Shown here: positions 1 to 9,727 of the stretch, in pieces
Layout: every line of letters begins with the position of its first letter
How positions within the stretch are numbered: position 1 is the first letter of the stretch
NCBI GenBank assembly: GCA_044222065.1
Contig: JBGAOA010000012.1
Location: 1-64,000, forward strand
DNA from: Candidatus Eiseniibacteriota bacterium
GTDB taxonomy: Bacteria; Eisenbacteria; RBG-16-71-46
Direction of reading: 5' to 3'
Length of the DNA: 64,000 nt
Program-made: the position numbers and the translations under genes
Notes under the pieces: model-generated
Databases searched by the model: none
Told to the model about the DNA's origin: nothing
Seen by the model: the letters and a program-made list of their open reading frames with translations, nothing else

Positions 1-1092
1 GACCTGCGCGCGCCCGGCGCCGCGCCGCCGCTGCCGCCCGGCAGCGAGGTGCTGCGCCTGAACGGCGAGCGCCCGGCCGATCTGCTCGCGCGCCTGATGC
101 CCCTCGCTGCCGCCGACGGACACAACGACGCGAAGCGCGCGAGTCAGCTCGAGGTGCAGGTCCGCGCGCGCTACGAGTGGTTCGACGTGCTGCTGCCGCT
201 GCTCGTGCCGGGCGTCGAGGATTCGGTCGCGCTCGAGTTCCGCGCGCCCGGATCGTCGCGTGCGGTGCGCGCGTCGCTCGCGCCGCTCACGTGGAAGGAG
301 CGCTCGGAAGCGTACGCGGCGCTCGAAGCCGAGGGTGGCGAGGTGCCGTGGACGCTCGACCTCTCCGATCCGGCGTTCGCCCTGCTGCGCATGCCGACGT
401 GGGCGGTCTACAACTCGGACGCGAAGTGGGACTCCGTGCTCGACGCGATGCTCGACCGCGTCGTCGCGAGCGGCCGGCCCGCGCTGGTCGTGGACCTGCG
501 GGGCAACTCGGGCGGCTCGGACTGCGGCGACCCGATCCTGCAGCGCGTCGTCGGGGCCGAGACGCGCTTCGAGACCGAGATCCGCAAGGTGCGCTTCCGC
601 CGCACGCCCGCGGACCTCGACGCGGCGCTCGACACGTGGGACGACGGGTTCCGCGACCAGACGGCGCGCACGGACTCGCTGCCCGGCCCGGACGGCCTCT
701 ACGCGCTGCGCGGCGCGGGGGAGGACGAATTCGCGACGATCCGTCCGCGCGCGCCCTCCTTCCGCGGACGGTTGTTCGTGCTCGTCGGGCCCGACAACAG
801 TTCGGCCACGTTCCAGTTCGCCCGGCGCGTCCAGAGCCGCGGGCTCGGCACGCTCGTCGGCCGTCCGACGGGCGGCAACCGGCGCGGCATCAACGGCGGC
901 CAGTTCTTCTTCCTGCGCCTGCCGCACTCGCGCATCGAGGTGGACCTGCCGGTCATCGGCTACTTCCCGCCGCAGCGGGAGCCGGACCGCGGACTCGATC
1001 CCGACGTCGTCGTTCGACCGACGCGCGACGATTTCGCGCGCGGCCGCGACGCCGAACTCGACGCGGTGCGGCGGCTGCTCCGCGCCCGCTGA
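1..1092 (+). CDS. S41 family peptidase, 5' truncated by window edge
   Basis: Open frame from base 1; DLRGNSGG and LVGPDNSSAT motifs, TLVGRPTGG, and GLDPDVVV near the C-terminus are typical of S41 tail-specific proteases. Confidence 0.85.
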   Translation, partial: DLRAPGAAPPLPPGSEVLRLNGERPADLLARLMPLAAADGHNDAKRASQLEVQVRARYEWFDVLLPLLVPGVEDSVALEFRAPGSSRAVRASLAPLTWKERSEAYAALEAEGGEVPWTLDLSDPAFALLRMPTWAVYNSDAKWDSVLDAMLDRVVASGRPALVVDLRGNSGGSDCGDPILQRVVGAETRFETEIRKVRFRRTPADLDAALDTWDDGFRDQTARTDSLPGPDGLYALRGAGEDEFATIRPRAPSFRGRLFVLVGPDNSSATFQFARRVQSRGLGTLVGRPTGGNRRGINGGQFFFLRLPHSRIEVDLPVIGYFPPQREPDRGLDPDVVVRPTRDDFARGRDAELDAVRRLLRAR

Positions 1093-1166
1093 CGGCCCGC
1101 GCGCCGTGCTAGAGTGCCGGACCCGCGCGAGCGGTTCGCGCACGTGAGACGGCGAGGATCGGCCGC

Positions 1167-2792
1167 ATGCTCGAAATCTCCACGACCCTGCAGGGCGAAC
1201 GGCGCGCCTGGACGCTCGACGCCGCCGTCACGACGATCGGGCGCGCGTCCTCGAACGCGGTCTGTCTGCCGGACGCGACGGTGTCGAAGGAGCACGCGCG
1301 CGTCCGCCGCGACGGCGAACGCTGGTTCGTCGAGGACGCGGGCAGCCGGAACGGCACGCGCGTGAACGGCCGCGACGCGGGCACGCCCGTCGCGATCGCG
1401 GACGGCGACGTGATCGAGACCGGACAGGTGATGCTGCGCGTCTCGACCGTCGCGGGCACGGCCGCCGCCGCCGAGTACAGCGAGTCGCCGAGCATGAGTT
1501 CGTCGCTGCGGCTCAACGCGGCCGACATCCTGAACCGCCGCACGGAGCGGCTCATGGACCCCGCGCGGCTCGTGCGCCTGCTGTCCGAGGCCGGCCAGCA
1601 GCTCGTGCTGCCGCGGCCCATGAAGGAGACGTGCGAGCAGGTGCTCGAGTTCCTCGAGAAGGCGGTGCCCTCGTCGCGGCTCATCATCCTGCTGCGCGAA
1701 GAGGGCAAGGCCGAGCCGGTGCAGGCCGCGGCGCGCTACCGCGGCGGCAGCGCGCGGCAGCCGCTCGCCGTGTCGAAGACGATCCTGCAGGCGGTGCTCA
1801 CCGAGAACGCCGCGATCATCACGGCCGACGCCGCGCACGACCCGCGCTTCGCGGGGCAGCAGAGCATCGTCGCGCAGCTCATCCGCTCCGCGATGGCGGT
1901 GCCGCTGTTCGACAACGAGCGCGTGATCGGCGTGCTGTACGCGGACACGAGCGACCTCTCGATGGTCTACCAGCAGGAGCACCTCGAGCTGCTCACGATC
2001 CTCGCGAACATGGCGGCGGTGAAGATCACGAACGCCCGCCTGCTCGAAGCCGACGAAGCGCGCCGGCGCATGGCGCAGGAACTCGCGACCGCAACGCGCA
2101 TCCAGCGCGCGCTGCTGCCGCCGCCGCCCGCCGACGTGCCGGGCTTCGAGTGCGAGGCGCGCCTCGAGAGCTGCTTCGAGGTCGGCGGCGACCTGTACGA
2201 CTTCCACGTGCGCGCCGACGGCACGCTCGTCGTGGTCGTGGGCGACGTGTCGGGAAAGGGCATGGGCGCGGCGCTGCTCATGTCGTCCGTGATCGCGTCG
2301 GCGCGCACGCTCTACGACGTGTGCGACGATCCCGCGGACCTCGCGGCGCGGCTCAACGCCGTCATCCACCGCGGTTCGGACTCGAAGCACTTCGTGACGA
2401 TGTTCTTCGCCTTCGTGCGCCCCGAGACGGGGCGCGTCCGTTACGTCAATGCGGGGCACAACGCGCCGTACGTCGTGGGGTCCGCCGGGCTGCGCACGCT
2501 GGAGGCGAAGGGGATCCCGATCGCCGTACTGCCGCACTTCCCGTATCAGGCGGACGATGTCGCGCTCGCACCGGGCGAATTGCTCGCGCTCTTCAGCGAC
2601 GGCATTCCGGAAGCGCAGCGCGGCGACGCGTTCTTCGACGACGAACGGCTCGCGGCGACGCTCACGGCGCACGCGGCCGACGTCACTCTGCCCGAGATCG
2701 CGAGCGCCGTGATCGGCGAGGTGGACGGCTTCCTCGCCGGCTCGCCCCGCACCGACGACGTGACGCTCGTGCTTCTGCGCCGCCGCGCGTAG
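1167..2792 (+). CDS. FHA-GAF-SpoIIE (PP2C) phosphatase
   Basis: FHA motifs IGR, VSKEHA, SRNGT; central GAF (SAMAVPL..VIGVLY); PP2C motifs VGGDLYD, DVSGKG, NAGH, SDG, DDVT. Confidence 0.93.
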   Translation: MLEISTTLQGERRAWTLDAAVTTIGRASSNAVCLPDATVSKEHARVRRDGERWFVEDAGSRNGTRVNGRDAGTPVAIADGDVIETGQVMLRVSTVAGTAAAAEYSESPSMSSSLRLNAADILNRRTERLMDPARLVRLLSEAGQQLVLPRPMKETCEQVLEFLEKAVPSSRLIILLREEGKAEPVQAAARYRGGSARQPLAVSKTILQAVLTENAAIITADAAHDPRFAGQQSIVAQLIRSAMAVPLFDNERVIGVLYADTSDLSMVYQQEHLELLTILANMAAVKITNARLLEADEARRRMAQELATATRIQRALLPPPPADVPGFECEARLESCFEVGGDLYDFHVRADGTLVVVVGDVSGKGMGAALLMSSVIASARTLYDVCDDPADLAARLNAVIHRGSDSKHFVTMFFAFVRPETGRVRYVNAGHNAPYVVGSAGLRTLEAKGIPIAVLPHFPYQADDVALAPGELLALFSDGIPEAQRGDAFFDDERLAATLTAHAADVTLPEIASAVIGEVDGFLAGSPRTDDVTLVLLRRRA

Positions 2793-2968
2793 AGCGCCGC
2801 GCCCGGTTCGTTTAGTATGCGCGGCGCCGACGGCGCCGGCGCTCCGGTGCCTCGGCCGCGCCACCGACACGCGGAGCCGAACCCGCGCCCGGACCCACTC
2901 GCGAGTCGCACCCGAGGGGCCGCGCGGCGTGCCGCCCGCTTCCGCAGCGATTCGAAAGGAGCCACGGC

Positions 2969-4114
2969 ATGACCGTCAGCAACCCCGCGCCGCGCGGACT
3001 CGACGGCGTCGTCGCCGCGCAGACGCGGCTGTCGCACGTCGACGGACAGAACGGCGTTCTCATCATCGGCGGCTACGAGCTGAAGGAGCTCGCCGGCAAG
3101 GTCACGTTCGAGGAGGCGGCCCACCTCCTGTGGACGGGGACGCTGCCGACGAAGTCCGAGGCCGAGTCGCTGACCCGCGAGATCGCCGCGCTGCGCGCGC
3201 TGCCCGAGGACGCGATGCGGCTCGTGCGCGAGGCGGCGAAGCGCAACGCGCCGCCGATCGACACGCTGCGCATGGTGTCGGCGGCGCTGTCGCTCGACGT
3301 GAAGAACCCGAACGACATCTCGCTCGCGGCCGACGTCGCGAACGCGAAGATGCTCGTCGCGCGCTTCCCGACGATCGTCGCGGCGCACGCGCGCCTCACG
3401 GCGGGCCAGGAGCCGATCGCGCCGCGCGCCGACCTGTCGCTGGCCGCGAACTTCCTCTACATGGTGCTCGGCAAGGAGCCGGACGCGATCGCGGCGCGCG
3501 CGCTCGACACCTACTGGGTCACCGTGATCGACCACGGCATGAACGCTTCGACGTTCACGGGCCGCGTGATCGCGAGCACGCGCTCGGACATGGTGAGCGC
3601 GATCACCGGCGCGATCGGCGCGCTCAAGGGGCCGCTCCACGGCGGCGCGCCGGGCCCGGTGCTCGACATGCTGCACGACATCCGCACGGCGTCGAACGCG
3701 GAAGCGTGGGTGCGCAACGAACTCGCGGCGGGGCGGCGCATCATGGGATTCGGACACCGCGTCTACAAGGTGCGCGACCCGCGCGCGGAAGTGCTGTCGG
3801 CGGTCGCGGAAGAGATGAGCGGCGCGGTGCTGCACGACCGCGGGCTGTTCGACCTCGCCCGCGAGGTCGAGCGCACCGTGCTGCGCGTGCTCGACGACGT
3901 GAAGCCGGGCCGCAACCTGCGGACGAACGTCGAGTTCTACACGGCGCTCGTGCTGCAGTCGCTCGGTCTCGCGCCCGCGACGTTCGTCGCGATGTTCGCG
4001 TGCGGCCGCTGCGCCGGCTGGGCGGCGCACGTCATCGAGCAGCACGCCGAGGACCACCTGATCCGCCCGCAGTCGCAGTACGTGGGCCCGCGCGGGCTCA
4101 CGGTGGCGCGCTGA
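2969..4114 (+). CDS. Citrate synthase / methylcitrate synthase family protein
   Basis: GLDGVVAAQT, DHGMNAST, GPLHGGA, MGFGHRVYK, NVEFY, LIRP; RBS AAGGAG upstream. Confidence 0.95.
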   Translation: MTVSNPAPRGLDGVVAAQTRLSHVDGQNGVLIIGGYELKELAGKVTFEEAAHLLWTGTLPTKSEAESLTREIAALRALPEDAMRLVREAAKRNAPPIDTLRMVSAALSLDVKNPNDISLAADVANAKMLVARFPTIVAAHARLTAGQEPIAPRADLSLAANFLYMVLGKEPDAIAARALDTYWVTVIDHGMNASTFTGRVIASTRSDMVSAITGAIGALKGPLHGGAPGPVLDMLHDIRTASNAEAWVRNELAAGRRIMGFGHRVYKVRDPRAEVLSAVAEEMSGAVLHDRGLFDLAREVERTVLRVLDDVKPGRNLRTNVEFYTALVLQSLGLAPATFVAMFACGRCAGWAAHVIEQHAEDHLIRPQSQYVGPRGLTVAR

Positions 4115-4136
4115 GCGCCGCGCCCGCGACGGTCCG

Positions 4137-5057
4137 ATGACCCGCGACGAGGGCGTCCGCGAGCCGCGCGCCCGCCGCAACCCGGCAGGCGCGCGCCGCG
4201 CCGCCACGCTCGCGCTCTCGGCGCTCGCGATCTTCCGCGCGGGATCGGCGTGGCTCGCGCTCTATCCGCCCGTGCCGGTGGACCTCGGCGGGGCGCCGAA
4301 CCTCGACGCGGACGCGCGCCGCGTCTCGATTCCCGTCGCCGGGGATTCGCTCGCGGGCTGGGTGCTCGAAGGCCGCGGGACCGGCGTCGTCGCGATCTTC
4401 CACGGCTACGGCCGCGACCATCACCGGGCGTGGCGCTACGCCCGGTTCCTGCGGGCGGCCGGCTACTCGGTCGTGACGGTGGACTTCCGCTCCTCGCGGT
4501 CCGCGCGCCGGCTGCCGACGACGCTCGGCCGCTACGAACTCGAGGACGCGGCCGCGACGCTCGACTGGATCGCGCGCGCGCCGCGGCTCGGCTCGGAACC
4601 GCTCGCGCTGCTCGGCGAGTCGCTCGGCGGGAGCGTGGCGCTCGTGCTCGCGAGCGAGCGCCCCCAGGTGCGCGCGGTGCTCGCGGACTGTCCGTTCGCG
4701 AGCGGGCGCCGCGCGCTCGAGGACACGTTCAACCACTGGACCGGGCTGCCCGGCGCGCCGATCGCGACGGCGGCGAGCGCGTTCGGCGCGCTCGCGACCG
4801 GACACGATCCGGCGCGCCTCGACGTCGTCGGCGCCGCGGCGAAGCTCGCCGGGCGCCCGCTGCTGCTCGTCCAGTCGGCGCGCGACGACCGCATGCGGCT
4901 CGAGCAGGTGCGCGACATCGCGCGTGCGGCGGGACCGGACGCCGTCGTGTGGACCGTGCCCGAGGGGCACAACGAGGCCTGGCTGCGCCACCGCGCCGAC
5001 TACGAGCGCCGCGCGCTCGCGCTGTTCGGCCACGCGCTGCGCGGAGCGCACGAGTGA
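4137..5057 (+). CDS. Alpha/beta fold hydrolase
   Basis: FHGYG oxyanion motif, GESLG nucleophile elbow, late Asp (DDR) and His (GHN). Confidence 0.85.
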   Translation: MTRDEGVREPRARRNPAGARRAATLALSALAIFRAGSAWLALYPPVPVDLGGAPNLDADARRVSIPVAGDSLAGWVLEGRGTGVVAIFHGYGRDHHRAWRYARFLRAAGYSVVTVDFRSSRSARRLPTTLGRYELEDAAATLDWIARAPRLGSEPLALLGESLGGSVALVLASERPQVRAVLADCPFASGRRALEDTFNHWTGLPGAPIATAASAFGALATGHDPARLDVVGAAAKLAGRPLLLVQSARDDRMRLEQVRDIARAAGPDAVVWTVPEGHNEAWLRHRADYERRALALFGHALRGAHE

Positions 5058-5848
5058 GCGTCGTCCGGCTCGGCACCCAGGGCTGGTCCTACCCGGACTG
5101 GATCGGCGTCTTCTACCCGCCGGGAGCGAAGCAGGAGCACTACCTGCCGTTCTACGCGGGGGTGTTCGACACCGTCGAGCTGGACACGACGTTCTACCAC
5201 CCGCCGCGCGCCACGATCGCGCGCTCGTGGGCGCGCCACGTGCCGGAGGGATTCCGTTTCGCGGCCAAGGTGCCGCGCGCGATCACGCACGACGCCGCGC
5301 TGCGCGGCGTCGAGGAGCACCTGCTCGCCTTCGCGCGCTCGATGGAGCCGCTCGAAGGGAAGCTGGGTCCGCTGCTCGTGCAATTGCCGGCCGAGTTCCG
5401 TCGCGACGAGGACACCGCGCGCGATCTCGCGACGTTCCTCGCCGGAGCGCCGCGTTCGGTGCGCCTCGCGCTCGAGTTCCGGCACGCCTCGTGGCACGAG
5501 CCCGCGACGTGGGACACGCTGCGCGCCCACGGGGCGGCGGCCGCCTGGACCGAATGGCGCACGCTCGATCGCATCGAGGCGGTGACGGCCGACTTCCTGT
5601 ACCTGCGCTGGCTCGGCGACCGCGAGGAGATCGCGAAGTACGACCGCGTGCAGGTCGACCGCACCGCCTCGTTCGATTCGTGGGAGCGCGCGCTCGCGCG
5701 CGTGCTGCCGTCCGTGCGCGAGGTCTACGGCTACTTCAACAACCACTGGGCCGGGCACTCACCCGCGAGCGCGAACGAGATGAAGCGGCGCCTCGGGCTC
5801 GTTCCGATCGAGCCGCGCGACCGGTGGCCGCAGCGCGAGCTGTTCTGA
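5054..5848 (+). CDS. DUF72 domain protein
   Basis: GTG start overlaps upstream TGA; GTQGWSY, TVELDTTFY, FAAKVP, LVQLP, EFRH, YFNN motifs. Confidence 0.92.
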   Translation: MSVVRLGTQGWSYPDWIGVFYPPGAKQEHYLPFYAGVFDTVELDTTFYHPPRATIARSWARHVPEGFRFAAKVPRAITHDAALRGVEEHLLAFARSMEPLEGKLGPLLVQLPAEFRRDEDTARDLATFLAGAPRSVRLALEFRHASWHEPATWDTLRAHGAAAAWTEWRTLDRIEAVTADFLYLRWLGDREEIAKYDRVQVDRTASFDSWERALARVLPSVREVYGYFNNHWAGHSPASANEMKRRLGLVPIEPRDRWPQRELF

Positions 5849-6002
5849 GCCGGCCGCCCGGCGCGGGCGAGCGCGCCGCGAATTCCCGTTAGATCCGCCG
5901 CGCCCGGTCGAAGACCCGGCATCCGGCGCCCCCTTGCGCCTCGTTCCGGCTCGCATTCGACCCCCGGGGCGCACGTGTCTTGGCGTGCGCCGGAGACCGC
6001 CC

Positions 6003-9000
6003 ATGACCCGGTCGCTCCGCCTGCCGCTGCCGCTCGCCTTCACCACCCTGAGCCTCGTGCTCGTCGCCGCGTTCGCGCTCTTCGATCGCGCGTTCTGCAG
6101 TCCGTGCGACAGCTGCGTCGCCGTGCCGGACACGTGCTGCGACGCGCAGCCGCTGTTCCAGGGCGCGGAGGCGCCGTTCTTCTCGCCGAACGTCGTCGTC
6201 GGGACGCGCGAAGCGCACAACGCGTGGCCGTACGTCGTCACGGTCTACGACCTCGGCAGCCCGCTGCCGAGCCCGCTCGAGAATCAGGCGTGGAACACGA
6301 TCCTGCGCTTCCACGGACCGTTCAACAGCTGGAACGCCGACTCGCTCGGCTCGGTGTTCGGGCTCACGCTCGACCGCTGGGGGAACATCTTCGTCACCCA
6401 CACGTCGAGCTACCTCGCGGACAGCATCGGCAAGGTGTTCGGCGGCGGCCCCGGCGCCGTGTACCGCATCGACGCGGTCACCGGCGTGATTACGACGTTC
6501 TGCCGGCTTCCGAACTACCAGGACCCCAGCGTGTCGCCGCAGGAGTGGTGGCCCGGTCTCGGCAACATCACGTACGACTGCCGCCACGACCAGTTCTTCG
6601 TCACGAACATCGAGGACGGCCGCATCTACCGGCTCAAGGCGGTCGGCGTGAACGGCCCGACGGGGACGATCGTCGAAGTGTTCGACCCGCTCTCACCCGA
6701 CCTCGGACCCACGAACTACCTGAACCCGTCGCCGACGCCGGGCTGGGCGCCGCTCGGCGAGCGGCTGTGGGGCGTGCAGAAGCACGGCGACCGCGTGTTC
6801 TACAGCGTGTGGGCCGAGGACTACACGAGCGCCGGGTCGCAGCAGAACGAGATCCGCAGCGTCTCGCTCGACGCGTTCGGAGCATTCGTGCCGGGGAGCG
6901 ACCGCCACGAGCTGTGGCTGCCGTCGCTGCCGTCGCAGGTCTTCTCGATGCCGGTCTCGGACATCAGCTTCTCGGCGGGCGGCAAGATGCTGCTCGGGGA
7001 GCGCGGCATCGAGCTCGAGACGATCCCGTCGCCGCACCAGGCGCGGCTGCTCGAATACGTCTGCTCGGGCGGCTGCTGGCTGCCGGGCAACACCTACGAC
7101 GTCGGAGCGGCTTCGCCGGAGAACAGCTCGGGCGGCGTGGACTACGACCGCCACGCCTGGAACACGCAGTCCATCGGGCGCGTGTGGTCGAGCGGCGACG
7201 CGCTCCAGTGGTCGCCGAACACGGTGTACGGCTACGCCGGCTTCCGTCCCTCGGGCGGCAACTGGACGACCACGATGCTCATCGATGCCGACAACGACCT
7301 CACGTGGGGCGACAAGACCTACACGGGCGACATCGAGGCGCCGGGGTGTCCGAACCTCGCCGTCGGCTCGATCTGCGGGCGCAAGTTCTCGGACACGAAC
7401 TTCAACGGCGTGTTCGACGGCGGCGACACGCCGATCGCGGGCTGGAGCGTCGTGCTGAACGGGCCGGGCGGCCCGTACTTCGCGATCACCGACGCGAACG
7501 GCAACTACTGCTTCACGAACGTTCCGGCGGGCGCCTACACGCTCGCCGAAGTCGGCGTCGCGGGCTGGACGCAGACGGCGCCGCCGGGCGGCTCGTACGC
7601 GATCACGCTCGCGGGCGGCGCGGCCGTGACGGGGCGCGACTTCGGGAACTACCACTGTCCTTCGGGCGGCTGCGTCACGGCGCCTTCGGGCATGGGCGGC
7701 TGGTGGCCGATGAACGACGCGATCGCTTCGCCGACCGCCGCCGACGTCACGCACCTGTCGCCCGCGAAGAACGTGCTGCAGCTCTCGGGCGGCGCCGCGA
7801 TCGCGGCGGGAGGCAAGGTCGGCCGGTCGCTGTGCTTCGGCGGCGAACTGGACCTGGCGTTCTGCCCGAACGCGAACACCGCCGGACTCGCCTTCGGCGT
7901 GGGCTCGTTCGCGGTGGACGCGTGGCTCAGTCTCGCGCCGTCGGGAGGAGGCCCTCGCGTCGTCGCCGAGAAGCGCCAGCTCGTCTCGAGCGCGCCGTAC
8001 CGCACGCGCGGCTGGTCGCTCTACCTCGTCGGTCAGCAGCTGCTGCTCGAGATCGGCAATGGCGCCACGGTGCAGCTCGTCGCGGGCCCGACGATCGCCG
8101 CGTCGAGCTGGCAGCACGTCGCCGTCTCGTGCGACCGCACGAGCGGGCAGGGGCGCTGGTACGTGAACGGCGCGCTCGTTCCGGGGTTCAGCTTCGCGCC
8201 GCTTCCGGGCTTCCTGACGACGCCGACGGATCTCTACGTCGGTCACGCCGGGCCCGCGTTCGGTTCCGCGGGCTTCGAGGGCTGCATCGACGAACTCGAG
8301 ATCTTCGCCGCACCGCTCTCGGCCGCCTCGGCCGCGAAGCTGTACGCGGCGGGCCCGCAGGGCAAGTGCCCCGAGTACTGCCGGCTGCCCGAGGTGACGT
8401 CCATCTGCAAGAACGCGACGTCGGTGAACGTGTGCTTCAACGTCTGCAACTCGACCGGAACGCCGCAGACGTACGCGTGGTCGCTCGCGGGCCTGCCGGC
8501 GGGGCCGGGCTGCAGCGTGCCGGGCCCGACGACGTTCACGCCGTCCGCGGGCGCCGTGACGGTCGCGCCGGGACAGTGCTCGGCGAACCTGTGCGTGACG
8601 ATTCCGCGGCCGCCCGGACTCACGGCGCAGGGCGCGACCGCGTGCTACGTACTGAACGTGGTGAACACGGCGACGGGCGAGTGCCAGTCGTGCACGGGCA
8701 CTATCCGCGCGGACAACGGCTGCTGGTGCGTGACGCCGGCGCCGGGTGGCGTGGTGCCGGTCGCGGCGCGCGTCGCCCCGCCCGGGACGACGATCGGCAT
8801 CGGCGTCGGGCATCCGTGCGACCCGATCGACCGGCTCGCGTACTCGCTGTCGGCGGTCTACACGGCGCACGACCTCGAGGACCCGCTGCTCGTGAGCCTC
8901 AACGGACTGCCGCCGGGCGAGGCGGTGTTCGGTGAGATCGAGCTCGCTCCGGACGCCTCGGGCGAGGTGACGGTGGACGTGACGTTCCCGAACGGCTACG

Positions 9001-9416
9001 ACGCGTCGGCGCCGTACGAGATCGTGCTCAGCGCCGACACCGACGGCGACGGCGTCGCCGAGCGGCTCGGCGGCACGATGATCCGCGCCGAGTACGTCGA
9101 GGACGGCACGGTCGGAGTGGGCGAGGAGGCGCCGGCCGCCGCGACGCTCGGACTCGCGGCGCGGCCCAACCCGTTCCTCGGGGACGCGGCGATCACGTTC
9201 ACGCTGCCGCGCGCGGGCGCGGTCGAACTCGGCGTCTACGATCTCGGCGGCCGGCTCGTCCGCACGCTGCATCGCGGGTCGCTCGCGGCCGGCGCGCAGC
9301 GCTTCGAGTGGAACGGCCGCGATGCGCGCGGCCGCGAGGTGGCCGGCGGGATCTACTTCGCGAAGCTTCGCGCCGCGGGCGCGAACTTCGAGACCAAGGT
9401 CGTGAAGCTGCGCTGA
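6003..9416 (+). CDS. Large Cys-rich secreted protein: beta-propeller-like region, SdrD-B-like domain, LamG domain, C-terminal FlgD-Ig/T9SS-like domain
   Basis: ATG after GGAG; hydrophobic signal; GRKFSDTNFNG..TDANGNYCF (SdrD-B); WQHVAVS..GCIDELEIF (LamG); PNPF..YDLGGRLVRTL..WNGRD..GIYF tail. Confidence 0.82.
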   Translation: MTRSLRLPLPLAFTTLSLVLVAAFALFDRAFCSPCDSCVAVPDTCCDAQPLFQGAEAPFFSPNVVVGTREAHNAWPYVVTVYDLGSPLPSPLENQAWNTILRFHGPFNSWNADSLGSVFGLTLDRWGNIFVTHTSSYLADSIGKVFGGGPGAVYRIDAVTGVITTFCRLPNYQDPSVSPQEWWPGLGNITYDCRHDQFFVTNIEDGRIYRLKAVGVNGPTGTIVEVFDPLSPDLGPTNYLNPSPTPGWAPLGERLWGVQKHGDRVFYSVWAEDYTSAGSQQNEIRSVSLDAFGAFVPGSDRHELWLPSLPSQVFSMPVSDISFSAGGKMLLGERGIELETIPSPHQARLLEYVCSGGCWLPGNTYDVGAASPENSSGGVDYDRHAWNTQSIGRVWSSGDALQWSPNTVYGYAGFRPSGGNWTTTMLIDADNDLTWGDKTYTGDIEAPGCPNLAVGSICGRKFSDTNFNGVFDGGDTPIAGWSVVLNGPGGPYFAITDANGNYCFTNVPAGAYTLAEVGVAGWTQTAPPGGSYAITLAGGAAVTGRDFGNYHCPSGGCVTAPSGMGGWWPMNDAIASPTAADVTHLSPAKNVLQLSGGAAIAAGGKVGRSLCFGGELDLAFCPNANTAGLAFGVGSFAVDAWLSLAPSGGGPRVVAEKRQLVSSAPYRTRGWSLYLVGQQLLLEIGNGATVQLVAGPTIAASSWQHVAVSCDRTSGQGRWYVNGALVPGFSFAPLPGFLTTPTDLYVGHAGPAFGSAGFEGCIDELEIFAAPLSAASAAKLYAAGPQGKCPEYCRLPEVTSICKNATSVNVCFNVCNSTGTPQTYAWSLAGLPAGPGCSVPGPTTFTPSAGAVTVAPGQCSANLCVTIPRPPGLTAQGATACYVLNVVNTATGECQSCTGTIRADNGCWCVTPAPGGVVPVAARVAPPGTTIGIGVGHPCDPIDRLAYSLSAVYTAHDLEDPLLVSLNGLPPGEAVFGEIELAPDASGEVTVDVTFPNGYDASAPYEIVLSADTDGDGVAERLGGTMIRAEYVEDGTVGVGEEAPAAATLGLAARPNPFLGDAAITFTLPRAGAVELGVYDLGGRLVRTLHRGSLAAGAQRFEWNGRDARGREVAGGIYFAKLRAAGANFETKVVKLR

Positions 9417-9440
9417 TCGTCGAGGCGCGTCCCCACGCAC

Positions 9441-9478
9441 ACGCGGCCACGCTCGCAAGGGCGTGGCCGCGTCGTTTC
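9441..9478 (+). terminator. Hairpin with GCAA loop, probable intrinsic terminator
   Basis: ACGCGGCCACGCTC-GCAA-GGGCGTGGCCGCGT followed by a short T run, just after the stop. Confidence 0.6.
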
Positions 9479-9727
9479 CGGTCGCGCGTCGCGCGCCGCG
9501 AGGAGCGAGCGGCGAAACCGCTTTCATGCGGAACGGATTTCCGAGTTCGCGTCGCGGCACGAGGCCGGTGAGCGTGCGTTGCGAAAAAGTCACTGACACG
9601 CTGCGGGTGCTGTGCTACGAAAGCCCGCGTCCGCGCGCACGACCGAGACGCGTCGCGCGGCCGCACACGTCCCATCGGTTCTCATCCGGCACGAGGAGGC
9701 ATTCCCCCAACAGACTGGAGGCACTTC

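Noticed and set aside
9480..9727. Riboswitch in the long leader of the first S8 peptidase
   Set aside because: A small GCGG-CGAAA-CCGC hairpin is present, but the other conserved elements of c-di-GMP or other riboswitches I recall are missing.
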